Shown here: piece by piece, positions 44,930-53,732 of the stretch
How positions within the stretch are numbered: the stretch's first letter is position 1
Layout of the letters: every line of letters begins with the position of its first letter
NCBI GenBank assembly: GCA_903902515.1
Contig: CAIUVD010000276.1
Coordinates: 938 to 64,937, forward strand
Direction of reading: 5' to 3'
DNA length: 64,000 bases
DNA from: an uncultured Planctomycetota bacterium
GTDB taxonomy: Bacteria > Planctomycetota > UBA11346
The notes under the pieces: model-generated
Told to the model about the DNA's origin: nothing
Databases searched by the model: none
Seen by the model: only the letters and a program-made list of their open reading frames with translations
Position numbers and translations under genes: made by a program

Positions 44930-46188
44930 AGGTGGCGGTCGTCGGTTCGGGGATTGCGGGCCTGGCGTCCGCGTGGTTCTGCCAGCGCGCCGGTCATCAG
45001 GTCACGGTCTTCGAAGCCGATGACCGCTGGGGCGGCCACATCCATACCCATGCCGTGCCCCAGCGAGGCCGGACCCTGGCGGTGGATACGGGCTTCATCG
45101 TCTGTAATGACCGCACCTACCCGAACTTCCTGGCCCTGTGCCGCCACCTTGGGGCGGCCCTGCGGCCCACCACCATGTCCTTCAGCGTCCAGGACGAGGC
45201 CACCGGACTCGAGTGGGAAGGCTCGTCGATGAATGGGCTGTTCGCCCAGCGGCGCAACCTGTTGCGGCCGTCCTTCATCGGCATGACCCTCGACATCCTC
45301 AAGTTCAACAAGGCCGTGCCGCGCCTGCTGGAAGGCGCTGAGGGCGAGATCCCCCTCGGCCGCTGGTGCCGCGACCAAGGTCTCGGCCAATCTTTCATCG
45401 ATCACTACCTCGTGCCCTTCGGTGGCGCCATCTGGTCGAGCCCGCCCCAGGTAATGCTGGAGTTTCCAGCCCGATTTTTTGCCCGTTTTGTCCATAACCA
45501 CGGCATGGACACGGTCGGCGATCGGCCCCAGTGGTTCACGGTGGTCGGCGGCTCCCGGGCCTACGCCGAGGGCCTACGGGCGGCTCTGCCGGACCTGCGG
45601 ATCAACGCCCCGGTGACCCGCGTCGGTCGGGTCGAGGGCGGTGTGGCGGTGGTCACCCCCCATGGCGAGGAACGCTTCGACGAGGTGGTGCTGGCCTGCC
45701 ACGCCGACACCGCCCTGGGTGTGATTGCCGATGCCACGCCCGCCGAGCGGCAGATCCTGGGATCTTTCCCCTACCAGGAAAACACCGCCGTCCTGCACAC
45801 CGATGTAGGCTTGATGCCCCGCAGCCGCCGGGCCTGGGCGGCGTGGAATGCCCACTGCCCCCGGGGTGCCCAGGAGCGGGTCGCCGTGACCTACGACATG
45901 ACCTGTCTTCAGGGGCTGCCGGAGGACCAGGGTCGCTACTTCGTGACCCTCAACCACGCGGGCCGCATCGCGCCCGAGCGGATCATCCGTTCCCTGACCT
46001 ATCACCACCCCCTGTTCACCACCGCCAGCCCCGGGGCTCAGGCTCGTCACGGGGAAATCAATGGCGTACGCGGCCTGCGCTTTGCCGGGGCCTACTGGCG
46101 TTTCGGCTTCCACGAGGACGGTCTGGTCTCGGCCATGCAGGCGGTGGCGGGTCTTGCCGATCCGGTGATTCCCGGGTCCGCCGCATGA
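44926..46188 (+). CDS. NAD/FAD-binding amine-oxidase-like oxidoreductase (CFA-cluster type)
   Basis: The GTG start overlaps the gpx stop (GTGA). [38 protein letters not shown] is a dinucleotide-binding fold. Confidence 0.85.
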   Translation: [420 protein letters not shown]

Positions 46189-46940
46189 CTTTCCCTGGCG
46201 GTTCGTGGTTGGCGTCGGGCACGGTGCGGCACCGCCGTTTCGCGCCGATGGCCCATGCCTTCACCTATCGCACGGGCTGGCTACTGCTCGACCTCGACAG
46301 CTGCCGTGACCTTTTGGACCGGGGTTGGTGGTCCCGTTGGCGGGCTCCGGGTTTCCTGCGCTTCCATCGGGGCGATTTCCTGGCCGGTCATGCCAGTGTC
46401 GCCGAGGCGGCCCGGGACCGGCTGGCCGCCGTTTTAGGGGCTCGGCCGACCGGGGCTGTCCACCTTTTGACCAACTGCCGGATGGGGGGGCACGGCTTTA
46501 ACCCGGTATCCTTTTATTTCTGCCAGCACGGGGATGGCCGGATGGCCGGATTGATTGCGGAGATCACCAACACCCCGTGGGGTGAACGCTTCGCCTACGT
46601 CCTCCCTTCGGGCCCGGGTGATGCCCAGGACTTCGCCTTTCCCAAGGCGTTCCATGTTTCTCCCTTCCACCCGATGGAGCAGGCCTATCGCTGGCGTTTC
46701 CGTTGGTCACCCCGGACCCTGGCCATCCATATGGAAAACCTCGTGGCGGGCGTGCCGGTGTTCGACGCGACCCTGACGCTGGCCCTGCGGCGGGCCGATC
46801 CGTCTCGGCTCTTTCGCCACATCCTGGCCTGGCCCTTGATGTCGATGCGGGTCCTGGCTGCGATTTACTTCCAGGCCCTGCGCCTGTGGCTCAAACGCGT
46901 GCCCTTTCATCCCAACCCCACCACGAGCGCCCCATGCTGA
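46185..46940 (+). CDS. DUF1365-family protein
   Basis: ATG 46185 overlaps the preceding stop (ATGA). GTVRHRRFAPMAHAFTYRTGWLLLDLD is the characteristic DUF1365 N-terminus. The track ORF (45531) is an artefactual upstream extension. Confidence 0.8.
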   Translation: MTFPGGSWLASGTVRHRRFAPMAHAFTYRTGWLLLDLDSCRDLLDRGWWSRWRAPGFLRFHRGDFLAGHASVAEAARDRLAAVLGARPTGAVHLLTNCRMGGHGFNPVSFYFCQHGDGRMAGLIAEITNTPWGERFAYVLPSGPGDAQDFAFPKAFHVSPFHPMEQAYRWRFRWSPRTLAIHMENLVAGVPVFDATLTLALRRADPSRLFRHILAWPLMSMRVLAAIYFQALRLWLKRVPFHPNPTTSAPC

Positions 46941-48205
46941 CCCTCGTCTCCGCCGCCGCGCCGGTTACTGGCACCTGCTGGAGCCTTTCCCTGTACCGTT
47001 CCCTGGTGCTTGGGCGGCTCAAAAAACTCGCCCTTCCCCTGGAAATGCGTGAGGGCGGCCAGGTGGTGCTGGCTTCCGTGGGCGAACCCCGGGCCCGGGT
47101 AGAGGTCCTGGATCCTCGGATGTGGCGGGCGGTGGCTCTCGATGGCAGTGATGGCTCTGGCGACGCCTACGGCGAGGGCTGGTGGACCGCCGACAGCCTC
47201 ACGGAGGTGGTCCGGCTGTTCGCCCGCTCCCGCCGGGAACTCCAGAAACTCGACGGTGGCCTCGGTCGGCTCCTCCAGCCCCTCCACCGGTTGCGCCACG
47301 CCCTGCGCCGTAACTCCAAAGACGGAGCCCGGGCGAATATCCACGCCCACTACGACCTCGGGAATGCCTTCTTCCAGCCCTGGCTGGACCCGAGCATGAC
47401 CTACTCGTCGGCGATTTTCGCCCACCCCCAGGAGGACCTCCTGACGGCCCAGCACCGTAAACTCGATCGCCTGTTCGATCTCCTGGACCTGCAGCCCGGG
47501 GAACACCTGGTGGAAATCGGCACCGGCTGGGGCGAACTGGCGATCCGCGCCGCCCAGACCCGGGGCGTCAAGGTCACCACCATCACCATCAGCACCGAGC
47601 AGCACGCCCACGCCTGTGCCCGGGTCAAGGCCCTTGGCCTTACGGAGCGGGTCCAGGTGCTGCTGTGCGACTACCGCGACCTCCAGGGCCAGTTCGATAA
47701 GTTGGTCTCGGTCGAGATGGTCGAGGCTGTCGGCCACCAGTACCACGGCGTCTACCTCGATACCATTGGCCGCCTGCTCAAGCCCACGGGGGCGGCGGCG
47801 ATTCAGGCCATCACCATCCCGGCCCAGGATTTCGCGGCAGCCCGTGACGCCGCCGATTTCATCAAGCGCCACATCTTCCCGGGGTCCTGCATTCCCTCGA
47901 TCGCGGCCCTGGTCGAGGCCGCGCGCACCACCAGTGACTTAGAGTTGGTGGAGTCGCGGGATTTCGGCCCCCACTACACCCAGACCCTGGAACGCTGGCG
48001 TTCCGCCTTTCTGGCCGCCGCCAGCGACCTGGAGGCCCAGGGCTACGATGCCCGTTTCCGCCGCCTGTGGGAGTTCTACCTCTCCTACTGCGCTGGGGGA
48101 TTCGCCGAGCGGGCCATCGGCCTGTCCCACCTTTTGTTCGCCAAGCCCGGCTGGCGGGCCCGGGGGCACGATGCCCTGGTGGATCACCTTCGTGCAACGG
48201 CGTGA
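46934..48205 (+). CDS. Cyclopropane-fatty-acyl-phospholipid synthase-family SAM methyltransferase
   Basis: HYDLGNAFFQPWLDPSMTYSSAIF and LVEIGTGWGELAIRAA (SAM motif I) are present, along with a CMAS-type C-terminus. ATG 46934 overlaps the DUF1365 stop. Confidence 0.9.
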   Translation: MLTLVSAAAPVTGTCWSLSLYRSLVLGRLKKLALPLEMREGGQVVLASVGEPRARVEVLDPRMWRAVALDGSDGSGDAYGEGWWTADSLTEVVRLFARSRRELQKLDGGLGRLLQPLHRLRHALRRNSKDGARANIHAHYDLGNAFFQPWLDPSMTYSSAIFAHPQEDLLTAQHRKLDRLFDLLDLQPGEHLVEIGTGWGELAIRAAQTRGVKVTTITISTEQHAHACARVKALGLTERVQVLLCDYRDLQGQFDKLVSVEMVEAVGHQYHGVYLDTIGRLLKPTGAAAIQAITIPAQDFAAARDAADFIKRHIFPGSCIPSIAALVEAARTTSDLELVESRDFGPHYTQTLERWRSAFLAAASDLEAQGYDARFRRLWEFYLSYCAGGFAERAIGLSHLLFAKPGWRARGHDALVDHLRATA

Positions 48206-48683
48206 TCTTTTCTACGCCATCGCCTGGCAGGGCGTGTGGTTTGCGAGTGTCGGCGGTGCCGGGGCTGGTCTGCCCTGGCTCGGGCCGGCGGCGGCCCTGC
48301 CGGTGTTGCTGCTTGGCGCCTGGGGGCGGTGGTGCCCGGCCCGGCGGCTCGGCCTCGCGGCCCTCGGCTGCGGCCTGGTCATTGATGGCGGCCTGAACAT
48401 GGCCGGTCTGGTCCAGTTTTCCCATGGATACTCCCTCCTGCCGCCGCCGTGGATGCTGTTGCTGTGGCCCCTGTTCGCCCTGGCCCTCCTGGGCCCCCTG
48501 GCGTGGATCCGCTCCCGCCCGTGGCTGCCAGCGGTCCTTGGGGCCCTGGCGGCTCCCGGGGCCTATGTGGGGGGCCAAGCCCTGGGGGCCCTGACCATGC
48601 CCCAGGGGACCGTGCCCGTCGTTCTCGTGGTGGCCGTCGGCTATGCCGCCGCCACCCACCTGCTCACCCGGATCCGTCCATGA
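48171..48683 (+). CDS. Small polytopic membrane protein (DUF2878-like; family name from memory)
   Basis: ATG 48171 gives MPWWITFVQRRDLFYAIAWQGVWF... and about 170 aa with 4-5 hydrophobic segments. Its position between a CFA synthase and DUF1295 is as commonly seen in such clusters. Confidence 0.55.
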   Translation: MPWWITFVQRRDLFYAIAWQGVWFASVGGAGAGLPWLGPAAALPVLLLGAWGRWCPARRLGLAALGCGLVIDGGLNMAGLVQFSHGYSLLPPPWMLLLWPLFALALLGPLAWIRSRPWLPAVLGALAAPGAYVGGQALGALTMPQGTVPVVLVVAVGYAAATHLLTRIRP

Positions 48684-49537
48684 TCATGCAACTCCTCATC
48701 GCCGCCGCAGGCCTGTTCTTGGCCCTGGGGGTCCTGTGGGCGGTGCAGTGCCGGACCAAGAATGCCACGGCGGTCGACGCCGCCTGGGCCCTCGGCATCG
48801 CCACTGCTGCCCTCTACTATGCGGCCTCCGGTCCCGGCGATCCCCGGGGCTGGTTGGCGGGTCTCCTGGCCGGGGCCTGGGGCCTGCGCCTCGGCCTCCA
48901 CCTGCTGATCGACCGCGTCCTGACCCACCAGGGTGAGGACAGCCGTTACGCCGCCATGCGTGCCCACTACGGCGCGGGGGCCAATGCCCACTTCGCGTGG
49001 TTCTTCGCCGCCCAGGCGATGGCCGCCCTGGTTTTCAGCCTCCCCACCTTGGCCCTGGTCCACGACCCTCGGCCCCTCGGCCTCCTGGATGGATTTGCCG
49101 TCGCCTGGTGGGCCGTGACCCTGGCGATGGTCAGCGTGGCTGACCGCCAACTGGCCCGCTTCCGCGCCGATCCGGCGACCAAGGGCACCACCTGCCAGGT
49201 CGGCCTGTGGCGCTATAGCCGCCACCCCAACTACTTTTTTGAGTGGCTGCACTGGTTCTCCTATGTACTGCTCGGCCTTGGCGGTCCCTGGCAGTGGTGG
49301 CTACTGCTGGCCCCGGCGGTGCTGTTGATGCTCCTCCTGTTCGTCACCGGCATTCCCTATGCCGAAGCCCGGTCCCTCGCCTCTCGCGCTGATTACGCGG
49401 AGTATCGGCGGCGGACGTCGGCGTTTATTCCGTGGAAACCACGGGGAGAGGGGAGAGGGGAGAGGGGAGAGGGGGTGGGCACCCTCTCGTCCGCCACTTC
49501 TACGTCGGTTCAGGACCGAGCCCCACCCGCACTTTAG
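48680..49537 (+). CDS. DUF1295 / steroid-5-alpha-reductase-like membrane protein; the 3' end reads through a G-rich repeat
   Basis: ATG 48680 overlaps the preceding stop (ATGA). GLWRYSRHPNYFFEWLHWFSY is the DUF1295 signature. The family-like end ...YAEYRRRTSAFIPWKP is followed by the repeat-encoded tail RGEGRGERGEGVG... up to TAG 49537. Confidence 0.75.
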   Translation: MIMQLLIAAAGLFLALGVLWAVQCRTKNATAVDAAWALGIATAALYYAASGPGDPRGWLAGLLAGAWGLRLGLHLLIDRVLTHQGEDSRYAAMRAHYGAGANAHFAWFFAAQAMAALVFSLPTLALVHDPRPLGLLDGFAVAWWAVTLAMVSVADRQLARFRADPATKGTTCQVGLWRYSRHPNYFFEWLHWFSYVLLGLGGPWQWWLLLAPAVLLMLLLFVTGIPYAEARSLASRADYAEYRRRTSAFIPWKPRGEGRGERGEGVGTLSSATSTSVQDRAPPAL

Positions 49538-49573
49538 ACAATCCTCCTCTCCCCTCTCCCCTCTCGCCTCTCC
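49443..49573 (+). repeat. Intercistronic element: 4 tandem GGGGAGA heptads (+GGGGGTGGG) and a complementary C-rich arm of TCTCCCC heptads
   Basis: The heptads lie at 49443-49470, followed by GGGGGTGGG to 49479. The arm at 49543-49573 pairs with 49445-49475, giving 29 Watson-Crick pairs, 1 G-T and 1 mismatch over 31 nt by hand alignment. An inner GGGTGGG/CCCACCC pair lies within 49473-49479 / 49522-49528. The next gene's ATG is at 49583. Confidence 0.8.
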
Positions 49574-49582
49574 TAGGTTTGT

Positions 49583-50596
49583 ATGTCCCTCGCCATCGCC
49601 CTTGCGGAACGGTCCGTCGTTCCGGATTCCCTAATCCGTGTCGGCATTCGCCGTCTGCTGGCCGAGCGCCTGCGGGACGAAGCCAGTCCCGCCGGGGCGG
49701 TTCGCCGCCTGGCCTTTGAAGCCTCCCTCGGTGAAGCGCCGATTGCGGTCCACCAGCAGGCGGCCAACGACCAGCACTACGAAGTGCCGCCGGCCTTTTT
49801 CGGCGCCTACCTCGGACCCCACCGCAAGTACTCATCGGCGTGGTTCGATGAGGGGGTCACGGATCTGGGGACGGCGGAGGCGGCCATGCTCGCCCGGTCC
49901 TGCGCCCACGCCGGGCTGGAGGACGGGCAGGACATTCTCGAAATCGGCTGCGGCTGGGGCAGCCTCAGCCTGTGGATGGCGGAACGTTATCCCAACAGCC
50001 GGATCATCGCCGTCAGCAACAGCGCGCCCCAGCGCGGCTACATCCAGGGCGTAGCGGCCGAGCGCGGTCTGACCAATCTGGAGGTCCGGACCTGCGATAT
50101 CACGGTGTTCGAGCCGGGTCGGACGTTTGACCGAGTGGTGTCCATCGAGTGCTTCGAGCACCTGCGGAATTATCGGGAACTGTTCCGTCGCATCAGCACC
50201 TGGCTGAAGCCCGAGGGCCGCCTGTGGTTCCACATCTTCGTCCACAAGACCTTCACCTATCCCTTCGAGGACCGGGATCAGAGCGACTGGATGGCACGGC
50301 ATTTCTTTACCGGTGGCCAGATGCCGTCGTTTGATGTGGTGCACCGCTTTGACGAGCACCTCGTGGTCGAGGACGCCGTGGCGGTCAATGGCCACCACTA
50401 CGCCAAGACCGCCCGGGCGTGGCTGAACAACCTTGACGCCCGTCGCGATCAGGCCCTGGCCGCCCTGGCGGACCATCCGAATCCTGCCCGCCAACTGCAA
50501 CGCTGGCGGATTTTCACCATGGCCTGCGAGGAGTTGTGGGGCTGGGGCGACGGCACGGAGTGGTTGGTCGGACACTACCGGATGCGCAAAGCCTAA
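49583..50596 (+). CDS. Second CFA-synthase/mycolic-acid-cyclopropane-synthase-family SAM methyltransferase
   Basis: HYEVPPAFFGAYLGPHRKYSSAWF and ILEIGCGWGSLSLWMAERYPNSRIIAVSNSAPQ are present. The 337-aa length fits. Confidence 0.85.
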   Translation: MSLAIALAERSVVPDSLIRVGIRRLLAERLRDEASPAGAVRRLAFEASLGEAPIAVHQQAANDQHYEVPPAFFGAYLGPHRKYSSAWFDEGVTDLGTAEAAMLARSCAHAGLEDGQDILEIGCGWGSLSLWMAERYPNSRIIAVSNSAPQRGYIQGVAAERGLTNLEVRTCDITVFEPGRTFDRVVSIECFEHLRNYRELFRRISTWLKPEGRLWFHIFVHKTFTYPFEDRDQSDWMARHFFTGGQMPSFDVVHRFDEHLVVEDAVAVNGHHYAKTARAWLNNLDARRDQALAALADHPNPARQLQRWRIFTMACEELWGWGDGTEWLVGHYRMRKA

Positions 50597-52642
50597 TCAC
50601 AGCTTGGCGTTGGGGGACCAATGCCAGGTCGCCCCGTCACGGAGGTTCCCGGCCGTGACCCTGATCTCGTTATCACCGACGCGCAGGGGTACCGCCTTCC
50701 ACCGGACCGTATGGAACGTGTCGGGTTTCTCGGTGCCGATGACGACGCCATTCACCGTCAGCGTCACGGAAGCTTCGGTGGTATAGGCCTTCACCTGGAC
50801 CAACGCGGCCTCGCGGACGGTGAAGCGCTTGCTGGTCAGGTGGAGCATGGGCTCCGGATTCCAGTTGGCCTTGTAGAAGAAGAAGGCGTCCTTCCTGACC
50901 CGGCGGTCGTAGGTCATTAAGCCCTTGTCATTGAGGCCCGTGAAACCGCCCTCGTTGCGATTCTTCACCGTAAAATCAAACATATTCCAGATGAAGGTGC
51001 CCCAGATGTCCGGGTTGTTGTGCATCGAGGCCCATTGGCCCTCATGGACCCAGGCTTGGTACTCCTCGGGGTGGAACACCTGCACGGTGGACTCCGGCTG
51101 CAGGGTTTCGTCCTCCTGATGATGGCCGCTATTGCCACCCGCTCCATATTCTGAAACCCCAATGGAATGTCCGATTTCCTCGGCACTTTCCCGCGCCCAG
51201 ACCGCCATGCTCGGACCCTTTTTGTCGTACCATCCGCAGTACATGTTCCAGCAGTTCCAGTCGGGCACCTGGTGCATGGAGTTGGCCGGCATGCACGTGG
51301 CCCCAACAATTAAACGCGTGGAATCGAGGGCCTCGACCACGGCCTTCAGGTGCTTCAGCAGCACGGCATTGCGAGGGTAATCCGCTTGCAGTTCATTGTA
51401 GATGCCCCACCAGGCGACGGAGGGATGGTGGTGGAGTTGTTTTACCATTTCCCGGAGCTGCTGTTCGGAATTCGCCGTAAAGGCTGGGCTGTCTGTTGAG
51501 GCGTTTACGAGGGGTACTTCGTCCCACACCAGGAATCCCTGCTGGTCACACGCGTCATGGAAGGACGTGCTTTGGGGATAATGGGCGAGGCGGATCGCGG
51601 TGGCGCCGATGTCGGTTATGAGCGCCAAGTCGTGCTGTTCGTCCTCGATCGTCATGGCCCAGCCCTTGCCCTGCAGGTCTTGGTGCCGGTTGACGCCGTA
51701 AATCGGGTACGGCTGCCCGTTGAGGAGGAATCCGTCCTGCGCGGTGATCTGGACCGTCCGGATACCGAAGGTGGTCCGGACGCGGTCGAGCACCATGGTG
51801 CCCTGGCGCAGGGTGACGCGGGCCTGGTACCGGTACGGGTTCTGCCGACCGTGCCAACGGTGGGGCGAGGGCACGGTCAAGGTCGTGCAATGGTCGTTCC
51901 CCTCGGTCATCGGCGAGGACATGGCCGCTACGACGAGGTTCTCCTGGGCGTCCAGGATCTCGGTGTGGACTTCCACGGGGGTATCAGGGGAAACCCCGGA
52001 CAACATAGTACGGATCGTCAGCCGAGCGTGGCTCTCGGTCACCTCATCCTGGAACACATACACGCCGAAGGAGCCGTCATCTAGGGGTGAAATACAGGCG
52101 GGCCCCGTGACCACGAGGTGGACAGGACGGTAAATGCCGCCCTGAATGTTGAAATCACAGCTCAGGGGCGGGATATCCGCATTGGGCGCGTTGGAAACCT
52201 GGACCCGCAGGTCGTTGTTCCTGGTCAGATCCAGGTGGGGGGTCAGCTCATAGCAAAAGGCGGTAAATCCCCCGCGATGCTCTCCCAATTCCACTCCATT
52301 CAAAAGCACCCGGGCGACCAGGGATGCGGCTTCAAAACGCAGGAACACCCGACGTCCACGCCAGCTTGGCTCGGGCGTCAGGGTGCGTGCGTACCATCCG
52401 ATGCCCATGTAGGGCGTTGGCGACGGACTGTCCTTCCCGGTTGAAGGCAGGGGAAGGATGTCGAGGTTGTTCCATGTGTGGGGGAGGTTGACGATGCTCC
52501 ACGACGAGGTGTCCGCCGTGATCTCCTGCTCCTCCGCGATGAAACGCCAATCATCGGTCAGGGAGTGCTGCGAGCGCCCTTCAATGGCCAGGGGCTCGCG
52601 AGGGGCCACGCGAGCGACAGGAAAACGTACGGAATTTGGCAT
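50597..52642 (-). CDS. Glycoside hydrolase family 2 (beta-galactosidase/glucuronidase-type)
   Basis: The sugar-binding N-domain has WRFIAEE...W..VNLPHTWN. The TIM barrel has TAIRLAHYPQS and SVAWWGIYNELQ (acid/base NE). The C-terminus is FTGLNDKGLMTYDRRVRKDAFFFYKANW. Confidence 0.85.
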   Translation of the reverse strand: MPNSVRFPVARVAPREPLAIEGRSQHSLTDDWRFIAEEQEITADTSSWSIVNLPHTWNNLDILPLPSTGKDSPSPTPYMGIGWYARTLTPEPSWRGRRVFLRFEAASLVARVLLNGVELGEHRGGFTAFCYELTPHLDLTRNNDLRVQVSNAPNADIPPLSCDFNIQGGIYRPVHLVVTGPACISPLDDGSFGVYVFQDEVTESHARLTIRTMLSGVSPDTPVEVHTEILDAQENLVVAAMSSPMTEGNDHCTTLTVPSPHRWHGRQNPYRYQARVTLRQGTMVLDRVRTTFGIRTVQITAQDGFLLNGQPYPIYGVNRHQDLQGKGWAMTIEDEQHDLALITDIGATAIRLAHYPQSTSFHDACDQQGFLVWDEVPLVNASTDSPAFTANSEQQLREMVKQLHHHPSVAWWGIYNELQADYPRNAVLLKHLKAVVEALDSTRLIVGATCMPANSMHQVPDWNCWNMYCGWYDKKGPSMAVWARESAEEIGHSIGVSEYGAGGNSGHHQEDETLQPESTVQVFHPEEYQAWVHEGQWASMHNNPDIWGTFIWNMFDFTVKNRNEGGFTGLNDKGLMTYDRRVRKDAFFFYKANWNPEPMLHLTSKRFTVREAALVQVKAYTTEASVTLTVNGVVIGTEKPDTFHTVRWKAVPLRVGDNEIRVTAGNLRDGATWHWSPNAKL

Positions 52643-52849
52643 GGGGGGATCTCAGGAAAAGCGTGGGAATCGCAATAAACCAAACTGAGAAGTGCGCCAA
52701 CGATGCCAGGGGTGATAAGCCGCAATGACAGTCAAATTTCCGCAAAGCGCTCAGGGGATGAGGTCTTTACGTACCTCCCGGTGGTGCTTCGTGATGGTGG
52801 AGTCGCAACGTGGTACAGGGAAGGAGCCGATTGCTTCCCGGTACCGAAT

Positions 52850-53275
52850 TCAGCGCTCGCCAGCGTAATATCTTCGCAGCAAAACCGCCGCCGCCGCTGC
52901 ATCCCGGCGACCTGGCTTGGGCGGCCATTCGTCCCGCTCTTTCAGCAGTTCGTCCGCGTCGGACGAGGAGTAGCGTTCGTCGACTTCGACGATCGGGATG
53001 GTCAGGTGCTTATGGAGTTCGCGAACGAAGTTCTCGACCCATTTCACGTTAGCCCCGCGGTCGCCGTTGGCATGCAGGGGGAGGCCGATTAACAGCCCCT
53101 CGGCCCCATGCTGACGGGCCACCTGGCCAACCACGGCGGCGGCCTGGGCGTCATTCTCGCGACGGATGAAGCCGATCAGGGTCAGGCTGATGCCCAGGGG
53201 ATCGCCGGTGGCCAGGCCGATGCGGACTCGCCCGTAGTCCACGGACAGCAGTTTTTTTCCGGCCAGGTCAGTCAT
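52850..53275 (-). CDS. ruvX: Holliday-junction resolvase-like / pre-16S rRNA nuclease YqgF
   Basis: From ATG 53275 the protein reads MTDLAGKKLLSVDYGRVRIGLATGDPLGISLTLIG..., a typical RuvX N-terminus. The track start at 53389 overlaps ybeY. Confidence 0.85.
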   Translation of the reverse strand: MTDLAGKKLLSVDYGRVRIGLATGDPLGISLTLIGFIRRENDAQAAAVVGQVARQHGAEGLLIGLPLHANGDRGANVKWVENFVRELHKHLTIPIVEVDERYSSSDADELLKERDEWPPKPGRRDAAAAAVLLRRYYAGER

Positions 53276-53732
53276 CCATCCCGCCAATGTCGATGCCAAG
53301 GGGGCCGAGGACTTCCTGTTGGAGTTCCCACATGGCCGCCCGGTCGTCGGGGTGGTGGTCGTCGTGGCCCAGCAGGTGGAAGACCCCATGAACGATGTAG
53401 AGGATCAGTTCATCCCCGACCGGCCGACCACGGGTGGCGGCCACCCGGTGGGCGACGCCGACCCCGACCGCTAGGTCGCCATGGTGGACAAGGCCATCGT
53501 CCGGGTGGGTGCTGCCATCGGGGAAGGTCATGACATCCGTGGGCGTCGGATCGTCGAAATGCTGACCGTGGAGGTCCGCTGAAGCGGCGTCATCCACCAG
53601 CAACACCGTCAGGCTACCGCCTGCCAAGCCGTCCGTCTCCAGGGCCGCATCCACGGCCCCTTGGACCCGGGCCTGGTCCAGCAGCGGGAGGCCGTCGGCC
53701 TCGTCGATCCAATCGATGCGGCAGCGGGTCAT
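53268..53732 (-). CDS. ybeY: rRNA maturation endoribonuclease YbeY
   Basis: HGVFHLLGHDH is the zinc-binding H-x-x-x-H-x-x-G-x-D-H motif. ATG 53732 overlaps the prfC stop (ATGA). Confidence 0.9.
   Translation of the reverse strand: MTRCRIDWIDEADGLPLLDQARVQGAVDAALETDGLAGGSLTVLLVDDAASADLHGQHFDDPTPTDVMTFPDGSTHPDDGLVHHGDLAVGVGVAHRVAATRGRPVGDELILYIVHGVFHLLGHDDHHPDDRAAMWELQQEVLGPLGIDIGGMDD

Noticed and set aside
45531-46184. The N-terminal 218 codons of the 469-aa track ORF (45531-46940)
   Set aside because: This part overlaps the FAD-oxidoreductase gene in another frame and translates to an Arg/Pro/Gly-rich sequence. The DUF1365 homology begins exactly at ATG 46185, which overlaps the upstream stop.
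49443-49479. Heptad tandem repeats (also 55421-55448) considered as a CRISPR array or as coding collagen-like/low-complexity repeats
   Set aside because: The units are only 7 nt, have no spacers and are paired with a complementary arm. That is not CRISPR-like. The Gly/Glu/Arg tail they add to the DUF1295 ORF lies beyond the family-typical C-terminus, so it is more likely a by-product of read-through than a functional domain.
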